A DNA stretch of 64,000 bases from Antedon mediterranea. Lineage: Eukaryota > Animalia > Echinodermata. Below the pieces are notes generated by a model. The model was not told the DNA's origin and did no database searches. It was given only the letters and a program-made list of their open reading frames with translations. The stretch is from positions 23,371,648 through 23,435,647 of the forward strand of contig NC_092673.1 in assembly GCF_964355755.1 (NCBI RefSeq). The letters run 5' to 3'. Both the position numbers and the translations under genes were made by a program. Of this stretch, positions 51,031-62,562 are shown one piece after another (the first letter of the stretch is position 1; each line of letters opens with the position of its first letter).

Positions 51031-54000
51031 TATTTGTGAGAAAAACGGCGGATTGTTCCTGGGATTCACTTGGTGGGATTATACTAGGGTACCCCCTTAG
51101 TCGTCCAGTATAAGTTAGAGTGGGACCACTGGTCCCGTTTACTCAGCCCTCATCATTAAAATTTGAGTGTAACTCAATTACGATTTTTAAAATATAGTTA
51201 AATTTGAAACTGTATTTGTGAGAAAATGGCGGATTGTTCCTGGGAGTCACTTGGTGGGATTATACTAGGGTACCCCCTTAGTCGTCCAGTATAAGTTAGA
51301 GTGCGACCACTGGTCCTGTTTACTCAGCCCTCATCTTTAAAATTTGAGTCTAACTCAATTACAATTTTTAAAATATAGTTAAATTTGAAACTGTATTCGT
51401 GAGAAAATGGCGGATTGTTCCTGGGAGTCACTTGGTGGGATTATACTAGGGTAGCTCCTTAGTCATACAGTATAAGTTAGAGTGGGACCACTGGTACCGT
51501 TTACTCAGCCCTCACCTTTTAAATTTGAGTGTAACTCATTTACGATTTAAAAAATATAGTGAAATTTGATACTGTATTTATGAGAAAATGGCGGATTGTT
51601 CCTGGGAGTCACTTGGTGGGATTATACTAGGGTACCTCCTTAGTTGTCCAGTATAAGTTAGAGTGGGACCACTGGTCCCGTTTACTCAGCCCTCATCTTT
51701 AAAATTTGAGTGTAACTCATTTACGATTTTTAAAATATAGTGAAATTTGATACTGTATTTGTGAGAAAACAGCGGATTGTTCCTGAGAGTCACTTGGTAG
51801 GATTATACTAGGGTACCCCCTTAGTCGTCCAGTATAAGTTAGAGTGGGACCACTGGTCCCGTTTACTCAGCCCTCATCTTTAAAATTTGAGTGTAACTCA
51901 TTTACGATTTTTAAAATATAGTGAAATTTGAAACTGTATTTGTGAGAAAACGGCGGATTGTTCCATAGAGTCACTTGGTGGGATTATACTAGGGTGCATC
52001 CTTAGTCGTCGAGTATAAGTTAGAGTGGGACCACTGGTCCCGTTTACTCAGCCCTCATCTTTTAAATTTGAGTGTAACTCATTTACGATTTTAAAAATAT
52101 AGTGAAATTAGATACTGTATTTGTGAGAAAACGGCGGATTGTTCCTGGGAGTCACATGGTGGGATTATACTAAGGTACGTCCTTAGTCGTCCAGTATAAG
52201 TTAGAGTGCGACCACTGGTTCCGTTTACTCAGTCCTCATCTTTTAAATTTGAGTGTAACTCAATTACGGTAAAAAAATTTTAAAATATAGTGAAAATTGA
52301 TACTGTATTTGTGAGAAAATGGCGGATTGTTCCTGGGAGTCACTTGGTGGGATTATACTAGGGTACCTCCTTAGTTGTCCAGTAGAAGTTAGAGTGGGAC
52401 CACTGGTCCCGTTTACTCAGCCTTCATCTTTTAAATATGAATGTAACTCATTTACGATTTAAAAAATATAGTGAAATTAGATACTGTATTTGTGAGAAAA
52501 CGGCGGATTGTTCCTGGGAGTCACATGGTGGGATTATACTAAGGTACGTCCTTAGCCGTCCAGTATAAGTTAGAGTGCGACCACTGGTTCCGTTTACTCA
52601 GCCCTCATCTTTTAAATTTGAGTGTAACTCAATTACGGTAAAAAATTTTTAAAATATAGTGAAAATTGATACTGTATTTGTGAGAAAATGGCGGATTGTT
52701 CCTGGGAGTCACTTGGTGGGATTATACTAGGGTACCTCCTTAGTTGTCCAGTAGAAATTAGAGTGGGACCACTGGTCCCGTTTACTCAGCCCTCATCTTT
52801 TAAATATGAATGTAACTCATTTACGATTTAAAAAATATAGTGAAATTTGATACTGTATTTGTGAGAAAATGGCGGATTATTCATGGGAGTCACTTGGTGG
52901 GATTATACTAGGGTACCTCCTTAGTTGTCCAGTATAAGTTAGAGTGGGACCACTGGTTCCGTTTACTCAGCCCTCATCTTTAAAATTTGAGTGTAACTCA
53001 TTTACGATTTTTAAAATATAGTGAAATTTGATACTGTATTTGTGAGAAAACGGCGGATTGTTCCTGAGAGTCACTTGGTGGGATTATACTAGGGTACCCC
53101 CTTAGTCGTCCAGTATAAGTTAGAGTGGGACCACTGATCCCGTTTACTCAGCCCTCATCTTTTAAATTTGAGTTTAACTCATTTACGATTTTTAAAATAT
53201 AGTGAAATTTGATACTGTATTTGTGAGAAAACGGCGGATTGTTCCTGAGAGTCACTTGGTGGGATTATACTAGGGTGCATCCTTAGTCGTCCAGTATAAG
53301 TTAGAGTGGGACCACTTGTCCTGTTTACTCAGCCCTCATCTTTTAAATTTGAGTGTAACTCATTTACGATTTTAAAAATATAGTGAAATTAGATACTGTA
53401 TTTGTGAGAAAACGGCGGATTGTTCCTGGGAGTCACATGGTGGGATTATACTAAGGTACGTCCTTAGTCGTCCAGTATAAGTTAGAGTGCGACCACTGGT
53501 TCCATTTACTCAGCCCTCATCTTTTAAATTTGAGTCTAACTCAATTACAATTTTTAAAATATAGTTAAATTTGAAACTGTATTCGTGAGAAAATGGCGGA
53601 TTGTTCCTGGGAGTCACTTGGTGGGATTATACTAGGGTAGCTCCTTAGACGTACAGTATAAGTTAGAGTGGGACCACTGGTACCGTTTACTCAGCCCTCA
53701 CCTTTTAAATTTGAGTGTAACTCATTTACGATTTAAAAAATATAGTGAAATTTGATACTGTATTTATGAGAAAATGGCGGATTGTTCCTGGGAGTCACTT
53801 GGTGGGATTATACTAGGGTACCTCCTTAGTTGTCCAGTATAAGTTAGAGTGGGACCACTGGTCCCGTTTACTCAGCCCTCATCTTTAAAATTTGAGTGTA
53901 ACTCATTTACGATTTTTAAAATATAGTGAAATTTGATACTGTATTTGTGAGAAAACAGCGGATTTTTCCTGAGAGTCACTTGGTAGGATTATACTAGGGT

Positions 54001-56126
54001 ACCCCCTTAGTCGTCCAGTATAAGTTAGAGTGGGACCACTGGTCCCGTTTACTCAGCCCTCATCTTTTAAATTTGAGTGTAACTCATTTACGATTTTTAA
54101 AATATAGTGAAATTTGAAACTGTATTTGTGAGAAAACGGCGGATTGTTCCATAGAGTCACTTGGTGGGATTATACTAGGGTGCATCCTTAGTCGTCGAGT
54201 ATAAGTTAGAGTGGGACCACTGGTCCCGTTTACTCAGCCCTCATCTTTTAAATTTGAGTGTAACTCATTTACGATTTTAAAAATATAGTGAAATTAGATA
54301 CTGTATTTGTGAGAAAACGGCGGATTGTTCCTGGGAGTCACATGGTGGGATTATACTAAGGTACGTCCTTAGTCGTCCAGTATAAGTTAGAGTGCGACCA
54401 CTGGTTCCGTTTACTCAGTCCTCATCTTTTAAATTTGAGTGTAACTCAATTACGGTAAAAAAATTTTAAAATATAGTGAAAATTGATACTGTATTTGTGA
54501 GAAAATGGCGGATTGTTCCTGGGAGTCACTTGGTGGGATTATACTAGGGTACCTCCTTAGTTGTCCAGTAGAAGTTAGAGTGGGACCACTGGTCCCGTTT
54601 ACTCAGCCTTCATCTTTTAAATATGAATGTAACTCATTTACGATTTAAAAAATATAGTGAAATTAGATACTGTATTTGTGAGAAAACGGCGGATTGTTCC
54701 TGGGAGTCACATGGTGGGATTATACTAAAGGTACGTCCTTAGCCGTCCAGTATAAGTTAGAGTGCGACCACTGGTTCCGTTTACTCAGCCCTCATCTTTT
54801 AAATTTGAGTGTAACTCAATTACGGTAAAAAATTTTTAAAATATAGTGAAAATTGATACTGTATTTGTGAGAAAATGGCGGATTGTTCCTGGGAGTCACT
54901 TGGTGGGATTATACTAGGGTACCTCCTTAGTTGTCCAGTAGAAGTTAGAGTGGGACCACTGGTCCCGTTTACTCAGCCCTCATCTTTTAAATATGAATGT
55001 AACTCATTTACGATTTAAAAAATATAGTGAAATTTGATACTGTATTTGTGAGAAAATGGCGGATTGTTCATGGGAGTCACTTGGTGGGATTATACTAGGG
55101 TACCTCCTTAGTTGTCCAGTATAAGTTAGAGTGGGACCACTGGTCCCGTTTACTCAGCCCTCATCTTTAAAATTTGAGTGTAACTCATTTACGATTTTTA
55201 AAATATAGTGACATTTGATACTGTATTTGTGAGAAAACGGCGGATTGTTCCTGAGAGTCACTTGGTGGGATTATACTAGGGTACCCCCTTAGTCGTCCAG
55301 TATAAGTTAGAGTGGGATCACTGATCCCGTTTACTCAGCCCTCATCTTTTAAATTTGAGTTTAACTCATTTACGATTTTTAAAATATAGTGAAATTTGAT
55401 ACTGTATTTGTGAGAAAACGGCGGATTGTTCCTGGGAGTCACTTGGTGGGATTATACTAGGGTGCATCCTTAGTCGTCCAGTATAAGTTAGAGTGGGACC
55501 ACTTGTCCTGTTTACTCAGCCCTCATCTTTTAAATTTGAGTGTAACTCATTTACGATTTTAAAAATATAGTGAAATTAGATACTGTATTTGTGAGAAAAC
55601 GGCGGCGGATTGTTCCTGGGAGTCACATGGTGGGATTATACTAAGGTACGTCCTTAGTCGTCCAGTATAAGTTAGAGTGCGACCACTGGTTCCATTTACT
55701 CAGCCCTCATCTTTTAAATTTGAGTGTAACTCAATTACGGTAAAAAAATTTAAAATATAGTGAAAATTGATACTGTATTTGTGAGAAAATGGCGGATTGT
55801 TCCTAGGAGTCACTTGGTGGGATTATACTAGGGTACCTCCTTAGTTCTCCAGTAGAAGTTAGAGTTGGACCACTGGTCCCGTTTACTCAGCCCTCATCTT
55901 TAACGTTTGAGTGTAACTCAATTACGATTAATATTTTAAAATATAGTGAAATTTGATACTGTATTTGTGAGAAAATGGCGGATTGTTCCCGAGAGTCACT
56001 TGGTGGGATTATACTAGCGTACCTCCTTAGTTGTCCAGTTTAAGTTAGAGTGGGACCACTGGTCCCGTTTACTCAGCCCTTATCTTTAAAATTTGAGTGT
56101 AACTCAATTACGATTAATATTTTAAA
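51031..56126 (+). repeat. Left arm satellite array, ~181 bp monomer x28
   Basis: TATTTGTGAGAAAA starts at 51031, 51213, 51394 and onward; some monomers are 185-188 bp. Confidence 0.98.
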
Positions 56127-59100
56127 GATGAGGGCTGAGTAAACGGGACCAGTGGTCCCACTCTAACTTATACAGGATGACTAAAGAGGTACTCTAGTAT
56201 AATCCCACCAAGTGACTCTCAGGAACAATACGCTGTTTTCTCACAAATACAGTATCAAATTTCACTATATTTTAAAAATCGTAAATGAGTTACACTCAAA
56301 TTTTAAAGATGAGGGCTGAGTAAACGGGACCAGTGGTCCCACTCTAACTTATACTGGACGACTAAGGGTGTACCCTAGTATAATCCCACCAAGTGACTCT
56401 CAGGAACAATCCGCCGTTTTCTCACAAATACAGTTTCAAATTTCACTATATTTTAAAAATCGTAAATGAGTTACACTCAAATTTTAAAGATGAGGGCTGA
56501 GTAAACGGGACCAGTGGTCCCACTCTAACTTATACTGGACAACTAAGAGGGTACCCTAGTATAATCCCACCAAGTGACTCCCAGGAACAATCCGCCATTT
56601 TCTCACAAATACAGTATCAAATTTCACTATATTTTAAAAATTTTATCGTAATTGAGTTACACTCAAATTTAAAAGATGAGGGCTGAGTAAACGGGACCAG
56701 TGGTCGCACTCTAACTTATACTGGACGACTAAGGACGTACCTTAGTATAACCCCACCATGTGACTCCGAGGAACAATCCGCCGTTTTCTTACAAATACAG
56801 TATCAAATTTCACTATATTTTTAAAATCGTAAATGAGTTACACTCAAATTTAAAAGATGAGGGCTTAGTAAACGGGACCAGTGGTCCCACTCTAACTTAT
56901 ACTGGACGACTAGGGAGGCACCGTAGTATAATCCCACCAAGTGACTCTCAGGAACAATCCGCCGTTTTCTCACAAATACAGTATCAAATTTCACTATATT
57001 TTAAAATATTAATCGTAATTGAGTTACACTCAAACGTTAAAGATGACGGCTGAGTAAACCGGACCAGTGGTCCCACTCTAACTGATACTGGACGACTAAG
57101 GGGGTAACCTAGTATAATCCCACTAAGTGACTCCCAGGAACAATCCGCCATTTTCTCACAAATACAGTATCAAATTTCACTATATTTTAAAATATTAATC
57201 GTAATTGAGTTACACTCAAACGTTAAAGATGAGGGCTGAGTAAACGGGACCAGTGGTCCCACTCTAACTTATACTGGAAAACTGAGGAGGTACCCTAGTA
57301 TAATCCCACCAAGTGACTCCCAGGAACAATCCGCCATTTTCTCACAAATACAGTATCAATTTTCACTATATTTTAAAAATGTTATCGTAATTGAGTTACA
57401 CTCAAATTAAAAGATGAGGGCTGAGTAAACGGGACCAGTGGTCGCACTCTAACTTATACTGGACGACTAAGGACGTACCTTAGTATAACCCCACCATGTG
57501 ACTCCGAGGAACAATCCGCCGTTTTCTCACAAATACAGTATCAAATTTCACTATATTTTGAAATATTAATCGTAATTGAGTTACACTCAAACGTTAAAGA
57601 TGAGGGCTGAGTAAACGGGACCAGTGGTCCCACTCTAACTTCTACTGGACAACTAAGGAGGTACCCTAGTATAATCCCACAAAGTGACTCCCAGGAACAA
57701 TCCGCCATTTTCTCACAAATACAGTATCAATTTTCACTATATTTTAAAATTTTTTATCGTAATTGAGTTACACTCAAATTTAAAAGATGAGGGCTGAGTA
57801 AACGAAACCAGTGGTCGCACTCTAACTTATACTGGACAACTAAGGACGTACCTTAGTATAATCCCACCATGTGACTCCCAGGAACAATCCGCCGTTTTCT
57901 CACAAATACAGTATCTAATTTCACTATATTTTTAAAATCGTAATTGAGTTACACTCAAATGTTAAAGATGAGGGCTGAGTAAACGGGACCAGTAGTCCCA
58001 CTCTAACTTATACTGGACAACTAAGGAGGTACCCTAGTATAATCCCACCAAGTGACTCTCATGAACAATCCGCCGTTTTCTCACAAATACAGTATCACAT
58101 TTCACTATATTTTAAAGATCATAAATGAGTTAAACTCAAATTTTAAAGATGAGGGCTGAGTAAACGGGACCAGTGGTCCCACTCTAATTTATACTGGACA
58201 ACTAAGTAGGTACCCTAGTATAATCCCACCAAGTGACTCCCAGGAACAATCCGCCGTTTTCTCACAAATACAGTTTCAAATTTCACTATATTTTAAAAAT
58301 CGTAAATGAGTTACACTCAAATTTTAAAGATGAGGGCTGAGTAAACGGGACCAGTGGTCCCACTCTAACTTATACTGGACGACTAAGGGGGTACCCTAGT
58401 ATAATCCCACCAAGTGACTCCCAGGAACAATCCGCCATTTTTTCACAAATACAGTATCAAATTTCACTATATTTTAAAAATCGTAAATGAGTTACACTCA
58501 AATTTTAAAGATGAGGGCTGAGTAAACCGGACCAGTGGTCCCACTCTAACTTATACTGGACGACTAAGGGGGTAACCTAGTATAATCCCACCAAGTGACT
58601 CCCAGGAACAATCCGCCATTTTCTCACAAATACAGTATCAAATTTCACTATATTTTTTTAATCGTAAATGAGTTACACTCAAATTTAAAAGATGAGGGCT
58701 GAGTAAACAGTACCAGTGGTCCCACTCTAACTTATACTGTACGACTAAGGAGGTACCCTAGTATAATCCCACCAAGTGACTCCCAGGAACAATCCGCCAT
58801 TTTCTCACAAATACAGTATCAAATTTCACTATATTTTAAAAATCGTAAATGAGTTACACTCAAATTTTAAAGATGAGGGCTGAGTAAACCGGACCAGTGG
58901 TCCCACTCTAACTTATACTGGACGACTAAGGACGTACCCTAGTATAATCCCACCAAGTGACTCTCAGGAACAATCCGCCGTTTTCTCACAAATACAGTTT
59001 CAAATTTCACTATATTTTAAAAATTGTAAATGAGTTACACTCAAATTTTAAAGATGAGGGCTGAGTAAATGGGACCAGTGGTCCCACTCTAACTTATACT

Positions 59101-61920
59101 GGACGACTAAGGGGGTAACCTAGTATAATCCCACCAAGTGACTCCCAGGAACAATCCGCCATTTTCTCACAAATACAGTATCAAATTTCACTATATTTTA
59201 AAAATTGTAAATGAGTTACACTCAAATTTTAAAGATGAGGGCTGAGTAAATGGGACCAGTGGTCCCACTCTAACTTATACTGGACGACTAAGGGGGTACC
59301 CTAGTATAATCCCACCAAGTGACTCCCAGGAACAATCCGCCATTTTTCACAAATACAGTATCAAATTTCACTATATTTTAAAAATCGTAAATGAGTTACA
59401 CTCAAATGTTAAAGATGAGGGCTGAGTAAACCGGACCAGTGGTCCCACTCTAACTTATACTGGACGACTAAGGGGGTAACCTAGTATAATCCCACCAAGT
59501 GACTCCCAGGAACAATCCGCCATTTTCTCACAAATACAGTATCAAATTTCACTATATTTTAAAATATTAATCGTAATTGAGTTACACTCAAACGTTAAAG
59601 ATGAGGGCTGAGTAAACGGGACCAGTGGTCCCACTCTAACTTATACTGGACAACTAAGGAGGTACCCTAGTATAATCCTACCAAGTGACTCCCAGGAACA
59701 ATCCGCCATTTTCTCACAAATACAGTATCAAATTTCACTATATTTTAAAAATCGTAAATGAGTTACACTCAAATTTTAAAGATGAGAGCTGAGTAAACCG
59801 GACCAGTGGTCCCACTCTAACTTATACTGGACGACTAAGGGAGTAACCTAGTATAATCCCACCAAGTGACTCCCAGGAACAATCCGCCATTTTCTCACAA
59901 ATACAGTATCAAATTTCACTATATTTTAAAATATTAATCGTAATTGAGTTACACTCAAACGTTAAAGATGAGGGCTGAGTAAACGGGACCAGTGGTCCCA
60001 CTCTAACTTATACTGGACAACTAAGGAGGTACCCTAGTATAATCCCACCAAGTGACTCCCAGGAACAATCCGCCATTTTCTCACAAATACAGTATCAAAT
60101 TTCACTATATTTTAAAAATCGTAAATGAGTTACACTCAAATTTTAAAGATGAGGGCTGAGTAAACCGGACCAGTGGTCCCACTCTAACTTATACTGGACG
60201 ACTAAGGGGGTAACCTAGTATAATCCCACCAAGTGACTCCCAGGAACAATCCGCCATTTTCTCACAAATACAGTATCAAATTTCACTTTATTTTTTTAAT
60301 CGTAAATGAGTTACACTCAAATTTAAAAGATGAGGGCTGAGTAAACAGTACCAGTGGTCCCACTCTAACTTATACTGTACGACTAAGGAGGTACCCTAGT
60401 ATAATCCCACCAAGTGACTCTCAGGAACAATCCGCCGTTTTCTCACAAATACAGTTTCAAATTTCACTATATTTTAAAAATTGTAAATGAGTTACACTCA
60501 AATTTTAAAGATGAGGGCTGAGTAAATGGGACCAGTGGTCCCACTCTAACTTATACTGGACGACTAAGGGGGTACCCTAGTATAATCCCACCAAGTGACT
60601 CCCAGGAACAATCCGCCATTTTTTCACAAATACAGTATCAAATTTCACTATATTTTAAAAATCGTAAATGAGTTACACTCAAATGTTAAAGATGAGGGCT
60701 GAGTAAACCGGACCAGTGGTCCCACTCTAACTTATACTGGACGACTAAGGGGGTAACCTAGTATAATCCCACCAAGTGACTCCCAGGAACAATCCGCCAT
60801 TTTCTCACAAATACAGTATCAAATTTCACTATATTTTAAAATATTAATCGTAATTGAGTTACACTCAAACGTTAAAGATGAGGGCTGAGTAAACGGGACC
60901 AGTGGTCCCACTCTAACTTATACTGGACAACTAAGGAGGTACCCTAGTATAATCCTACCAAGTGACTCCCAGGAACAATCCGCCATTTTCTCACAAATAC
61001 AGTATCAAATTTCACTATATTTTAAAAATCGTAAATGAGTTACACTCAAATTTTAAAGATGAGAGCTGAGTAAACCGGACCAGTGGTCCCACTCTAACTT
61101 ATACTGGACGACTAAGGGAGTAACCTAGTATAATCCCACCAAGTGACTCCCAGGAACAATCCGCCATTTTCTCACAAATACAGTATCAAATTTCACTATA
61201 TTTTAAAATATTAATCGTAATTGAGTTACACTCAAACGTTAAAGATGAGGGCTGAGTAAACGGGACCAGTGGTCCCACTCTAACTTATACTGGACAACTA
61301 AGGAGGTACCCTAGTATAATCCCACCAAGTGACTCCAAGGAACAATCCGCCATTTTCTCACAAATACAGTATCAATTTTCACTCTATTTAAAAAATTTTA
61401 TCGTAATTGAGTTACACTCAAATTTAAAAGATGAGGGCTGAGTAAACGGGACCAGTGGTCGCACTCTAACTTATACTGGACGACTAATGGGGTACCCTAA
61501 TATAATCCCACCAAGTGAATCCCAGGAACAATCCGCCATTTTCTCACAAATACAGTATCAATTTTCACTATATTTTAAAAATTTTATCGTAATTGAGTTA
61601 CACTCAAATTTAAAAGATGAGGGCTGAGTAAACGGAACCAGTGGTCGCACTCTAACTTATACTGAACGACTAAGGGGGTACCCTAGTATAATCCCACCAA
61701 GTGACTCCCAGGAACAATCCGCCATTTTCTCACAAATACAGTTTCAAATTTAACTATATTTTAAAAATCGTAATTGAGTTACACTCAAATTTTAAAGATG
61801 AGGGCTGAGTAAACGGGACCAGTGGTCCCACTCTAACTTATACTGGACGACTAAGGGGGTACCCTAGTATAATCCCACCAAGTGAATCCCAGGAACAATC
61901 CGCCGTTTTTCTCACAAATA
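56119..61920 (-). repeat. Right arm satellite array, same monomer reverse-complemented, x32
   Basis: TTTTCTCACAAATA recurs every ~181 bp up to 61920. Confidence 0.98.
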
Positions 61921-62434
61921 TTTAATTCCTAATACCATAAAAGCCATAAGTAACAATGAAAATGTAAAGAATGCACAAACGGCGTTTCATAGTTATTGTT
62001 GGCTGGAAAAAATAAAAGTGGGCTGGCTTATTGTTGGCTGGCTTATTGTTGGCTAGCTTGACACAAGCCAGCAGGCAGCAGTTTTCAAAGTTTATACTAT
62101 AGCGCCCTCAATATTATTGTTTGTCCCATTTTTCTGCTGGTGGTGGTAGTGTTTTGAAACTGACACAAAACCAGGCAGTCTCATGCTAAATTAAAATCCT
62201 GATCTTTATGTTAAGTTTTCAAATGTATTATAATTATATATAGCAAACGACGTTTTCAGGTAAATATTTATGTACAATTTTCACTAATAAACTATTACTT
62301 ATTAGTAGGCTAATGGAGATGGCAATAGGCTAGGCGCCGGCTCTACTTGTTGGTTGAGGCCTAGGGCCTAGGCTAGGCCTAGCTAGGCTAGAGGCCTACT
62401 CAGATCAGAATCATGCTCTACTACTAGGCTATAA

Positions 62435-62562
62435 GGCGGTGTCAGATGAAATCGGTCGCGTTTGAAATCGGTCGCGATAAAATCAACTTCCGGTATTTTG
62501 TATGGCGCGCCGCTAGAGCTATACGTTTAATGATATCGGTCGCGTTTGAAATCGGTCGCACT
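62435..62562 (+). mobile_element. Probable left end of another DNA transposon (subterminal repeats); other end not in the window
   Basis: TGAAATCGGTCGC-type motif four times (about 62447, 62463, 62531, 62547). Confidence 0.45.

Larger units (their letters stand above)
50883..62068. mobile_element. Giant non-coding foldback transposon, 11,186 bp
   Basis: Exact 8 bp TSD CAGCAGGC (50875-50882, 62069-62076); 148 bp outer TIRs differing at one base; the interior is two opposed tandem arrays. Confidence 0.92.

Noticed and set aside
56760-57053. 97 aa ORF within the satellite
   Set aside because: Chance stop-free frame across 1.6 monomers; not preserved in other units.
51031-61920. CRISPR-like array (palindromic repeats at regular spacing)
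   Set aside because: The whole 181 bp unit repeats, with no unique spacers and no cas genes; the context is eukaryotic.
50883-62068. Long-read fold-back assembly artefact
   Set aside because: The arms differ in monomer number and variant order, both flanks are unique sequence, and there is an exact 8 bp TSD. Read-level confirmation is still desirable.
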